In this document: piece after piece, positions 48,495 to 57,044 of the stretch
Layout: every line of letters begins with the position of its first letter
Numbering within the stretch: position 1 is the stretch's first letter
Source of the DNA: an uncultured Acidobacteriota bacterium
Lineage (GTDB): Bacteria; Acidobacteriota; Thermoanaerobaculia; Multivoradales; UBA5704
DNA: 64,000 bases
Reading direction: 5' to 3'
NCBI GenBank assembly: GCA_963770895.1
Contig: CAVYRF010000002.1
Location: 1,376,001-1,440,000, forward strand
The notes under the pieces: model-generated
What the model was told of the DNA's origin: nothing
Databases searched by the model: none
What the model saw: only the letters and a program-made list of their open reading frames with translations
Program-made: the position numbers and the translations under genes

Positions 48495-50963
48495 ATGGCC
48501 CTGCTCCTCTATCTGATTGGCGCCGTCCTGATCGGTCTGGCAGTGCGCTGGTGGCGCCCGCAGCCCGGCTGGCGGGCGCTCGCGGTCTACGCGCTGCTGG
48601 CCGCCGCGTTTTTCGCCGTGCCGCTCACCACGCCGGCGGTGCAGGTGCCGACCGACATCGTCTACCTGGTCCGCCCCTTCCAGGAGATGCTGGCGGCGCC
48701 GATCGAGCCGGCCAATCGCGAGCTGATCGACGTGCCTTCGCAGATGATCCCGTTCCGCGCCCTGGTGCGAAACCGGCTGCTGCACGGCGAAGCGCCGCTG
48801 TGGGCCAACGAGATGGGAACCGGCGGGCCGCTGCTCGGCGACGCCTCCTCGGCACCCTTTTCGCCGCTCGGCCTGCTCACCCTGCCGCTGCCGGCGGTGC
48901 GGTCGCTGCCGGTCACCGCCGCCTTGCGGCTGCTGCTGTCGCTGGCGTTGACCGACGCGCTGCTGTCGGCGCTGGGCGCCGGCCGGGCCGGCGCGGCCTT
49001 CGGCGCGCTGGCCTACACCTTCTCGGTGTTCTCGATCGGCTGGGGCTACCACCCGCAGAGCATGACCATGGCCTGGGTGCCGGGCGTGCTGCTCGGCCTG
49101 ACGCTGCTGCGCCGCGGCGAGCGCGGCGGCTTCGCCGGCCTGATCGTCTGCGCCACCGGCGCCGCCCTGTCCGGCCACCCCGAGACGCTGGCCCACTCCG
49201 CCCTGGGAATCGCCGCGGTCGGCGTCGCGCTGCTCGCCCTGCCCGGCGGCGCACCGCGCCCACGCTACCTGCTGCGCGCTGCAGCGGCGGCGCTGCTGGC
49301 GGCGGGCCTGGCCGCGCCCGCGCTGCTGCCGGTGATCGAGGCCATTCCCGAGGGCGTGCGCAGCGAAATGCTGCGCCGCAACCCCGACCTGCTGCGGCCG
49401 CCCAACTTCGCCGCCGGCCAGCTGCGCGTGCTGGTCGATCCGCTGGTCTTCGGCAGCCCGCGCTACGGCGGCTACCACGGCCCGCTCAACTATATTGAAC
49501 TGTGCAGCGGCTACGCCGGCGGCCTGGCCCTGGCCCTGGCCCTGGCCGCCGCGCTGGCCTGCCGCGGCCGCTACCTGGCGATGCTCGCCGGCGGCGCGGC
49601 CGCCGCCGCCGCGGCCTTTGCCGTCCCGCCGTTCCTGCAGCTGGTGACCGCGCTGCCGCTGTACGACCGCGCCACCAACGGGCGCCTGCGCCTGCTGTGG
49701 GTGCTGGCGCTGGCGATCGGCGCCGGGCTGGGCCTGGAACCGCTCGCCGCCAGCCGCCGCGGCCGCTGGACCGCCGCCGCCTGCTGCGCCGCCGCGGGCG
49801 TCGCCCTGGCGCTGGTCGCGCCGCCCGCCTCGCCCTGGCAGCGCGCCTGGTGGCTGGCAACCCTAGCCGGCTTCGCCGCCACCGCCGCCGCCTTCGCCTG
49901 GCGGGCCGCACGGCCCGCAACCCGTCCCCACCAGCCGATTGCACCGGCCGGGCTGCTGGATACGGGCGGCGGCACCGCCGCCGATTGGCTGCCGTGGCTG
50001 GCCGTGGCCTGCCTGGCGCTGGACCTGGGACTGCTCAACGGGCGCTTCCTGCCGGTGCTGCCGCCGGAGCTCGACCTGTCGCCGCCGCCGGCGCTGCAGG
50101 CGATCCTGAGCGACCAGCGCGTCCCCTTCCGGGTGATCGGCAGCCACTACGACCTGCTGCCCAACCTGGCATCCGTCTACGGCCTGTGGGACCCGCGCGG
50201 CAACGACCCGATGCAGCCGGCGCAAGCCGCCCTGGTCGTCGGCATGGCGTTTCACCCGCGCCCCGGCCAGATCCTGGATGCCGTCCACCCGCCCTACCCG
50301 GTTGCCTTCCTCAGCTATCTTGGCGTGCGCTACATGCTGGGGGCGCATGGCGAAGAGCTCGCCGCCCCCTGGGAGCGCGCCTGGGACCTCCAGGGCGGCA
50401 CCGTCTGGCGCAACCGCGCCGCCCTGCCGCTGTTCTTCATGCCGGCGACCTGGCGCCCGGCGCGCGATCCGGCGGACGCCCTGCGCGCCACCCTGGCCAA
50501 CGTCGACTTTGCCGCCGCCGCGGTGACCGAACCACCCGGCGGGGCGGCCGCTGGCCCAGGCGGCGCCGCCCCCGGTGCAGGCGGCGAGCCAGGACCGCGT
50601 TCCCAACGGGGCAGCGTTCAAATTGCCAGCTTGAAGCCCAACAGCTTCGACCTGGACGTCGCAACCCCCACCGGCGGCCTCGCCGTGTCGAGCGTCGCCC
50701 TGTGCCGCGGCTGGCACCTCACCCTGGACGGCCGCCCTGCCGGCCTGGTGCGCGTCAACGGCGCCTTTATCGGCTTCCTTACGCCTCCCGGCACCCATCA
50801 CGCCGTCCTTGCGTACCGCCCCGCCGGCTGGGTCTGGGGCCTGCGCCTATGCGGCCTTGCCCTGCTCGGCCTCGCCGCGATCACCGCGTCCTCGGTGATC
50901 GCCCGCCACCGCCCGCTCGGCGCACCGGGGTTGTGGTTCGTCTGGAAGACGGCCGCCAGGTAG
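48495..50963 (+). CDS. YfhO family polytopic membrane protein (GT-C type)
   Basis: GEAPLWANEMGTGGPLLGD, SGHPET, GWHLTLDGRP.....VNGAFIG...PPGTHH.VL.YRP + terminal TM. Confidence 0.82.
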   Translation: MALLLYLIGAVLIGLAVRWWRPQPGWRALAVYALLAAAFFAVPLTTPAVQVPTDIVYLVRPFQEMLAAPIEPANRELIDVPSQMIPFRALVRNRLLHGEAPLWANEMGTGGPLLGDASSAPFSPLGLLTLPLPAVRSLPVTAALRLLLSLALTDALLSALGAGRAGAAFGALAYTFSVFSIGWGYHPQSMTMAWVPGVLLGLTLLRRGERGGFAGLIVCATGAALSGHPETLAHSALGIAAVGVALLALPGGAPRPRYLLRAAAAALLAAGLAAPALLPVIEAIPEGVRSEMLRRNPDLLRPPNFAAGQLRVLVDPLVFGSPRYGGYHGPLNYIELCSGYAGGLALALALAAALACRGRYLAMLAGGAAAAAAAFAVPPFLQLVTALPLYDRATNGRLRLLWVLALAIGAGLGLEPLAASRRGRWTAAACCAAAGVALALVAPPASPWQRAWWLATLAGFAATAAAFAWRAARPATRPHQPIAPAGLLDTGGGTAADWLPWLAVACLALDLGLLNGRFLPVLPPELDLSPPPALQAILSDQRVPFRVIGSHYDLLPNLASVYGLWDPRGNDPMQPAQAALVVGMAFHPRPGQILDAVHPPYPVAFLSYLGVRYMLGAHGEELAAPWERAWDLQGGTVWRNRAALPLFFMPATWRPARDPADALRATLANVDFAAAAVTEPPGGAAAGPGGAAPGAGGEPGPRSQRGSVQIASLKPNSFDLDVATPTGGLAVSSVALCRGWHLTLDGRPAGLVRVNGAFIGFLTPPGTHHAVLAYRPAGWVWGLRLCGLALLGLAAITASSVIARHRPLGAPGLWFVWKTAAR

Positions 50964-50977
50964 CGTGAGCGGGTGTC

Positions 50978-51292
50978 TCAAGGAGAGTCGCGCTCTGCCT
51001 CGCGCAGGCGGAGGGTCTCGCGGAGGATCGGCAGGGCGAGCAGATCCTTGTTGCGGCCGGCCTGCTGCTTCGTCTCGATGATTGCCCGGACATCAAGGAG
51101 CAGGACGTTCACCCCTCCGGCGGCGACCAGCCGCTCGATGTTGTCGGCGGTGCGGCGGTAGACGATATCGGTGTCCAGCGTCGAGATGGGGGCGCCCTGC
51201 AGGACGGCCGCAACGCCGCCGACCAGAATGCATTCGACGCGGTTGCGGTCGAGGACTTCCAGGGTCTCCCGGAAATCAGGCAGGCCGTGCAT
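50978..51292 (-). pseudogene. Nucleotidyltransferase-family protein, apparently with an internal deletion
   Basis: ILVGGVAAVLQG...TLDTD NTase motif and C-terminal IETKQQAGRNKDLLALP are present, but the ORF is only about 104 aa and the middle looks missing. Confidence 0.55.
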
Positions 51293-51557
51293 CACGGAGG
51301 GCCGAGACGCTGTCAACGAACGCCTGTAGAGCCGCGAGACGCTGGTCCGGTGTCAGCGACAGCATCCAGCGGATCAACGTTCGATCGACCCCCTCCGGGG
51401 ACTCGTCGGGCAGAGGGGTGGGCTCCCAGCGGGGGGAGACTGGCTCGACGGGCCTGGCCGTGGTTTCAGCCTGGCACGGGCAGCCTGCAAGGAGTCGCTT
51501 GCGGATTCTACGGGGCCAGGCCGACCAGCTTCGCACCCAAGAGCAGGGCGTCATCAC
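51276..51557 (-). CDS. Small partner protein of the nucleotidyltransferase (antitoxin-like)
   Basis: GVDRTLIRWMLSLTPDQRL motif; overlaps the NTase start. True start uncertain. Confidence 0.55.
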   Translation of the reverse strand: MMTPCSWVRSWSAWPRRIRKRLLAGCPCQAETTARPVEPVSPRWEPTPLPDESPEGVDRTLIRWMLSLTPDQRLAALQAFVDSVSALRDARPA

Positions 51558-51626
51558 CTCGATCAGAACGATTCTCGCCGCTCAGGAGGCAGCACAAACG
51601 GTCACCAAGGAGCGGCGAGGAAATCG

Positions 51627-51656
51627 CCGGCATGGCCGGCGCGCCGGCCATGCCGG
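51627..51656. repeat. Perfect 30-bp palindrome
   Basis: CCGGCATGGCCGGCG|CGCCGGCCATGCCGG equals its own reverse complement. Confidence 0.95.
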
Positions 51657-51779
51657 ACCTTCGTCCGGCGCCGTCCCAGGGCGCGAAGGATCGCGCACTC
51701 CCTACTTATAGACAAAATCACTGCCGGCACGCAGGATCGCCGGGCCCACCCGTAACGTCGGTGCGACAGGAGAACGACG

Positions 51780-51938
51780 ATGAAAACCAAGCTCCGCATC
51801 AACCGCGACACGCTGCGCCGTCTCGAGAACCCCGAACTTCGCCGCGCCGAGGGCGCCGGCATCTACACGGCCCAGCAGAGCTGCTTCTGTAGCTACAAAG
51901 CGACCGTCTGCCCCACTCTCGTCGCCTGTCCGGCGTGA
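51780..51938 (+). CDS. Putative RiPP (lanthipeptide-like) precursor peptide 1, 52 aa
   Basis: MKTKLRINRDTLRRLENPELRRAEGA-GIYTAQQSCFCSYKATVCPTLVACPA; AGGAG RBS; leader homologous to 59031-59231. Too short for the ORF track. Confidence 0.8.
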   Translation: MKTKLRINRDTLRRLENPELRRAEGAGIYTAQQSCFCSYKATVCPTLVACPA

Positions 51939-52121
51939 GCTAGTGGCCAACCCAGGCGCGGGTTGCGGCCGCGCGCCGTGCCCCGCGCCTCCCCGGCGGC
52001 GTCCGGCGACACAGAAATGGAGCGCTACCCAGGTCGCAGGACTGCCGCGCCAGCGGCGGTTGCCGGTCGGGGCGCGAAAGCGGCCAAGCCGTTTGGCGAC
52101 GGCCACTGTTCGGCGGCAGCG

Positions 52122-52197
52122 TTGACAGCTGCTCGACGGGTGATAGTGTTGCTCTATTGCGTTTCCTATGCTAAGGTGGCATAGATTCACCTTGGCA
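52122..52197 (+). promoter_or_regulatory. Sigma70-type promoter plus inverted-repeat operator upstream of the TPR gene
   Basis: TTGACA (52122-52127), 16 nt, TAGTGT preceded by TGn; inverted repeat TGCTAAGGTG-N9-CACCTTGGCA (52169-52197). Confidence 0.55.
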
Positions 52198-52228
52198 GTG
52201 TGTCGACAGTCAGTGGAGGGTAGCTGGA

Positions 52229-53140
52229 ATGAGCGATATCGCCCGCTCCGAGGGGGGTCCTGAGGTCTTCGAGGAGCTGCGCGAACGGTGGCAGGGGTCG
52301 ATCGAAATCGGCCGCCTCGAAGAGGCCGAGCAGATCCTGCACCGCGCACTGGAATGGGCTCGCCAGCATGGCGACGAACGACGGATCGACAGCGTCGTCT
52401 GCGTTTTGGCCGCTGTCGCCATCAACTTGGGGTGCGGCGACGCGGAACTGCCCAACCTGCGCGAGATCCTGCTGCGCAGCAGCGATCCGGGCAACTGCCG
52501 GTTGGCCGCCTACTACATCTCGATGCATTACCAGTTTGCCCGCAACTTCAAGAAGAGCCTGTTCTATGCGCGCATCGCCTGCGAGCGCGCCGCACAGCTG
52601 GAGCGGGCCGACCTGATCGCCTTCAGCCGCAACCAGCTGGGCAATGCCCTGCTCGGTGAAAGCTTCGTCGATCGCGCCTGCCACGAATATGAGACGGCGC
52701 TCGGCCTGGTCACCGAAAAGAGCGTCTGGCGAGCCCGCATCCTCAACAACCTGGGCTACTGCCGGGTGCTGCAGAAGCGCTTCGCCGAGGGCTACGCCTG
52801 CCTGTACGAAAGCCTGCGCCTGCTGCGGCGCTTCTCGGCCGAACGATTCCAGATCCTGCCGCGCCTGGACCTGTGCTTCGCCCACCTGGAAACCGGCAAG
52901 CTCGAGCTGGCCAAGCGGCAGGGGATCGCCGCCATCCAGCTGGCGGAACGCATGGGCGACTCGGAAGCGGTCAAAAACTCCCTGTACCTGCTGGGAGAGA
53001 CAGCCAACCTGATGGGCGAAACAGAGATGGCGAGCGAATACTTCACCCGGCTCCAGCGCGACTACTTCCCGGAATCGCCCTACCTGCCTGGATTCCTGCT
53101 CGCCGTAGACGTTCGCAATCTGGTCAACCTTCATGCTTGA
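52229..53140 (+). CDS. Stand-alone tetratricopeptide-repeat protein
   Basis: Repeated TPR-like helices (RNQLGNALL, ILNNLGYC, LYLLGETAN); GGAGG RBS; no signal peptide or recognisable HTH. Confidence 0.8.
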   Translation: MSDIARSEGGPEVFEELRERWQGSIEIGRLEEAEQILHRALEWARQHGDERRIDSVVCVLAAVAINLGCGDAELPNLREILLRSSDPGNCRLAAYYISMHYQFARNFKKSLFYARIACERAAQLERADLIAFSRNQLGNALLGESFVDRACHEYETALGLVTEKSVWRARILNNLGYCRVLQKRFAEGYACLYESLRLLRRFSAERFQILPRLDLCFAHLETGKLELAKRQGIAAIQLAERMGDSEAVKNSLYLLGETANLMGETEMASEYFTRLQRDYFPESPYLPGFLLAVDVRNLVNLHA

Positions 53141-54611
53141 GGACACGCCCATGATCCGCACCGTCAATGGCGCCCGGTCCCTGCTGTCGGCACGCCTGAC
53201 CCGCGCCGTCGCGGTGACGGCGGGAAGCGCGCTGGCGCTCCTGCTGTCCGCGACAGCGGCCCGCGCCGACCACCTCAATGTGACCCTGGGCGGCAACGGC
53301 CAGCTCTATGCGATCGAAGCCGGCACCTACGGCGCGCTGTTCGGCGCACCGGGGACGCAGCCGGCGCTCGCCGGCGGTGCCGCGGCGACGACGCCGGCGG
53401 CCGGCACGCCGGTGCTGGCCCTGGACACCACCCTGCCTGGCGCCGCGCTCCAGCGCCAGCTGGTCCCCACCACCGACGACCAGGCGGTGGACAGCTCGCC
53501 GGCCCTGGTCTATGAGGACGTGTCGCAGACGCTGTTCGCCGTCTGGGTGTCGAGCAGCGATCCGACCAGCTCGGTGCTCAAGATGATCAGCTACAACGGC
53601 ATCCAGTGGTCGCAGCCGATTGAAATCATCGGCAACCCGTACGCCACCAAGACGCCGCCGCAGCTGACGCTGACCCGCGACACCCACAGCGAAACCAACG
53701 CCGCCACCGGCGCCGTGACCCTCCACCGCCGCACCGTGCTGCACGTGGTCTGGTCCGAAAACTCGCTGTCCGGGCTGTATCAGGCCTACTACGCTCCGGT
53801 CATCTTCGAGGACGGCGTGTGGATCGGCACCGTGCCCGAACCCATGCTCCTGAACACCTACGATGCCGCCGAGCAGACGGCGACGGGCGGACCGTTCGCG
53901 ACGCCGCTGGTCTACACCCCGACCGTGCAAGGCGGGCGCGATATCAGCACCGCCATCGCCGGATTCGCTTCGGACGCTTCGGGGCTGGTGACCGCGGTCG
54001 AGCTGGACTTCGTGCCCGAAGAGCTGCGCGACCTGGCCAACGCCCTGCAGGCGGTGGTGCTCGGCAGCGCCAACTTCGGTCAGCCGACCGCGCTGGCCGC
54101 CCAGGCGCAGGCCGCGCTGCAAGCCAACGGCAGCGCGTTTCAGCCTGAAGTGCTGCAGGGGATCGGCAGCGACATGCAGACGCAGATCCTGGGCGGCGCC
54201 CCGGACCAGACCACCTTGGCGTGGAAAACCCGCGCCGTGATCATCGACAGCGGCGTCAAGTTCGCCGCTCGCGGCGTCAAGATCGGACAGCTGGCCCTGG
54301 GAACCCCCAACATCGCCGCTTCGCAAATCGTGGAAATCGTGCCGCCCAACGGCGGTCCCTCGCAGCTGGTCCAGTTCCGCGTCGCTTCGACGCGCCCCTG
54401 GCCGGTGGTGAGCGGCAACAACGGTGTGCAGCTCCTGGTTTCGCCCACCGGCGCCAACCTGATGGCGACCTGGCAGAGCGCCGATGGCAGCTCCGCCTAC
54501 TACACCAACACCCAGACGGACGGCACCTGGAGCGCGGCGCACCAGCTCCAGCTCTCGACCAACTTCAGTCTGGAGCAGGCGCTGCAGATCCTGCAGCAGC
54601 GGGTTTACTAA
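53133..54611 (+). CDS. Secreted hypothetical protein (beta-rich)
   Basis: Signal peptide ending ARA-D; SSPALVYE, WSQPI and GTWS motifs; 8-nt overlap with the TPR gene. Start may be 53151. Confidence 0.7.
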   Translation: MLEDTPMIRTVNGARSLLSARLTRAVAVTAGSALALLLSATAARADHLNVTLGGNGQLYAIEAGTYGALFGAPGTQPALAGGAAATTPAAGTPVLALDTTLPGAALQRQLVPTTDDQAVDSSPALVYEDVSQTLFAVWVSSSDPTSSVLKMISYNGIQWSQPIEIIGNPYATKTPPQLTLTRDTHSETNAATGAVTLHRRTVLHVVWSENSLSGLYQAYYAPVIFEDGVWIGTVPEPMLLNTYDAAEQTATGGPFATPLVYTPTVQGGRDISTAIAGFASDASGLVTAVELDFVPEELRDLANALQAVVLGSANFGQPTALAAQAQAALQANGSAFQPEVLQGIGSDMQTQILGGAPDQTTLAWKTRAVIIDSGVKFAARGVKIGQLALGTPNIAASQIVEIVPPNGGPSQLVQFRVASTRPWPVVSGNNGVQLLVSPTGANLMATWQSADGSSAYYTNTQTDGTWSAAHQLQLSTNFSLEQALQILQQRVY

Positions 54612-54620
54612 GACCTTGGA

Positions 54621-54678
54621 GCCGGGGGCCTGCCCCCGGCACCGCGGCTCCTGGCGGTGCGCCTGCCCTGGCACCGCC
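54621..54678. terminator. Two GC-rich hairpins between convergent genes
   Basis: GCCGGGGG-cctg-CCCCCGGC and GGCGGTGC-N10-GCACCGCC; no U-tract. Confidence 0.45.
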
Positions 54679-54701
54679 GCCGATCCGGGCTACTCAGCTC
54701 C

Positions 54702-54938
54702 TCAGTTCCACGATCCCGACGCACAGGCGCCGCCGCCACAACAGCTGCCGGCGCCGCAGCCTTCCGCGGCTTCGAAGCTGGCCGAGCCGCCGCTGGCGGT
54801 GGCAAAGGTGGAAAACTGCTTTTCCAGCGCACCGGCGTCGCAGCGCGGGCAGGACATCGCCGCGGCGCCCTCGCCGACGCGCTGCAGGATCTCGAACTGG
54901 TGGCCGCAGTCGCGGCAGCGATATTCGTAGAGCGGCAT
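54702..54938 (-). CDS. FmdB family zinc-ribbon regulatory protein
   Basis: MPLYEYRCRDCGHQFE...CPRC....LEKQFS; AGGAGG RBS; Cys/Gly-rich tail. Confidence 0.92.
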   Translation of the reverse strand: MPLYEYRCRDCGHQFEILQRVGEGAAAMSCPRCDAGALEKQFSTFATASGGSASFEAAEGCGAGSCCGGGACASGSWN

Positions 54939-55207
54939 GGGACGTATCCTCCTGCTCCAGATTCTATGCGACTTGCACGGAACCTCGGCGCCTCGCCCCG
55001 CGATCGATCGCGGCCGGCCTTGGCCGTGGCGTGGGCGGCAAACCCGAGCCCCCCAGATTCGTATAGACACGGCGGGCAGCACATCGCATTGGACCGCGTG
55101 CTCCTGCCGCAGCGTGCGCTCCATTCGCTTGGGCAGCCTGCGCGCGGGTTCTGCGAACGTTTCGATTGCAGGGGCGGGTGCCAGTCCGCGAGAAAGGAAC
55201 CACCTCG

Positions 55208-55951
55208 ATGAAGAATCGGACGCAAACGATTGCCTGCCTGTTCGCGGCGGCGATCGGCGCCGCGGGGCTCGGAGCGGCGCCCGCCTGGGCTGCCGAAAGC
55301 GTGACCGCGACCCTGCAACGCCAGACCCAGGAGCTGATGGACGCCGTCGCACCCGCCCAGGCGGCGGTGTGGGATCGCTATATGGATCCCAGTGTGCTCT
55401 ATACCACCGAGGACGGCACAGTGCTCACCAAGAGCGGCATGCTGGCCACGATCAAGCCGCTGGCCGCCGGCGTCTCCGGCCGCATCAAGGTGCTCGAATT
55501 CAAGGCGACGGTGCATGGCGCGGTCGCGGTGACCAGCCACCTGGACGACGAGTACGAGACCTACCACGGCGCTTCGCTGCACTGCCAATATCGCACCACC
55601 GAAACCTGGCTGCAGACCGCCACCGGCTGGCGGATGATCGGCGGCCAGGTCCTGGCGGTGCGCACCGATCCGCCAGCCGTCCCCCTGACCGCGCAGCGGA
55701 TGGCCGAATACTGCGGCAGCTATGCGCTGGACGCGGCGACCCACTACGACATCCGTTGCGACGGCGGCACCCTGCAAGGCCAGCAGACCGGCCACAAGCC
55801 CGAGGTGCTGCGTGCCGAAGCGCCGGACGTTCTTTTTGTGCCGGGCCGGCCGCGCTACCGCATGATCGTTCTGCGCAACCGCGACGGGCACGTCACCGGC
55901 ATCGCGGAACGGCGCGAAGCCTGGTCGCTCGACTGGAAACGGCTGCCCTGA
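55208..55951 (+). CDS. Secreted NTF2-like (DUF4440-type) domain protein
   Basis: Signal peptide (AWA-A), LMDAVAP....WDRY, YRTTETW.....GWRMIGGQV, plus a C-terminal beta domain; AAGGA RBS. Confidence 0.75.
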   Translation: MKNRTQTIACLFAAAIGAAGLGAAPAWAAESVTATLQRQTQELMDAVAPAQAAVWDRYMDPSVLYTTEDGTVLTKSGMLATIKPLAAGVSGRIKVLEFKATVHGAVAVTSHLDDEYETYHGASLHCQYRTTETWLQTATGWRMIGGQVLAVRTDPPAVPLTAQRMAEYCGSYALDAATHYDIRCDGGTLQGQQTGHKPEVLRAEAPDVLFVPGRPRYRMIVLRNRDGHVTGIAERREAWSLDWKRLP

Positions 55952-56057
55952 CGGCAGGCAGCAGGCCCGACCGCCCGCCCCGATCGCCGTATGGCGCTCA
56001 CCGTGCGGGCGGATCAACAGACGAAAGCTGCCGGCAGGCTGTCGGGGCGGAACGCTG

Positions 56058-56762
56058 CTAGAACTCGATCAGCGGCAGGTCCGGCCCCAGGTCGCGCAGG
56101 GCGTTGGCGGTCAGGGCGGGCGCGCCGGCGTGGCGCGCCCATCGTTCGAGAAGCCAGCCGGCCAGGGGGCCGCTGCCGCTGGCAAGAGGCAGCGGATCGC
56201 CGACCCGGAACGGGCGATCCGCATCTGGCTGCCCGCCGGCCTGCAGCGCGGCGATGAGCTCGGCCAGCGATTGCAGCCAGCCGCCCACCGTGGCCAGGTG
56301 GCGCCGCGTCCCGACCGCCGTCAGATCGACGCATGCCGCGCGGGTGAAATTCAGCCGCACGGTGCCGCGCAGGGACTGGCAGTCCACCAGGATCAAGCTT
56401 GCATGGCCGGCCAGGTCCCTGATGGCGGCGCCGCGCAGGGCGCTGCGAAAGCCTTCACAGGAGGCCAGGTCGAACTGCATCCCGGCGCCGCCGGCCTCCG
56501 CCGGCTTGCCGCTACCGCGCGACCAGCCCAGGAAGTAGAGATCCATCAGGTTCGGCAGCTCAAAATCCTGCAATCCGAACCACCGCTCCAGCTCCAGGCC
56601 CGTCACCGCGCCGCCGTTGGCCTGGTCGTGCAGCAGCAGCAGAGCCACCGGCACCGTGAACGCGCCGGCGCCCGTCTGCCTGGACATGGCCTGCATGCGG
56701 CCGAGCAGGCGAAGCTTGAACAGCTGGACGCTGCTGACCGCGATCGCCTGCGTGATCCCCAT
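56058..56762 (-). CDS. Hypothetical protein
   Basis: 234-aa ORF with GGAG RBS and globular-protein composition; no family recognised. Confidence 0.6.
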   Translation of the reverse strand: MGITQAIAVSSVQLFKLRLLGRMQAMSRQTGAGAFTVPVALLLLHDQANGGAVTGLELERWFGLQDFELPNLMDLYFLGWSRGSGKPAEAGGAGMQFDLASCEGFRSALRGAAIRDLAGHASLILVDCQSLRGTVRLNFTRAACVDLTAVGTRRHLATVGGWLQSLAELIAALQAGGQPDADRPFRVGDPLPLASGSGPLAGWLLERWARHAGAPALTANALRDLGPDLPLIEF

Positions 56763-57002
56763 GCCCGTCTCCTCGAAGAAGGCCCCACCGCACCTTCCGT
56801 CAGTCCCACGGCGCCACGCGCTAGTTCAGATTGCGAACTTACATCTTACCGCAGATTGCGAGCCATCAGCGGCAATCCATGGTGCTGACCGCTATGGTCG
56901 TTGGTGGTGCGGGGAAAAAGGGAGGGCGGTCGATCCTGCAGATTCCTCCCTGCAAGGGGCGGGGCGGGCGGTATTGGCACGATGGGTTCGCTACGGCCTG
57001 TG

Positions 57003-57033
57003 GAAAGGCGGCGACCCCCGTGGGGGTCGCCGC
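57003..57033 (-). terminator. Intrinsic terminator downstream of the S53 protease gene
   Basis: GCGGCGACCCC-N4-GGGGTCGCCGC 11-bp stem about 12 nt after the stop, followed by CTTT on the minus strand. Confidence 0.65.
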
Positions 57034-57044
57034 GAGTGTGCGCG

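Noticed and set aside
55030-55100. GGCAAACC as the start of a c-di-GMP-I riboswitch
   Set aside because: The downstream GNRA loop and GCAAAGC/P2 elements are not present.
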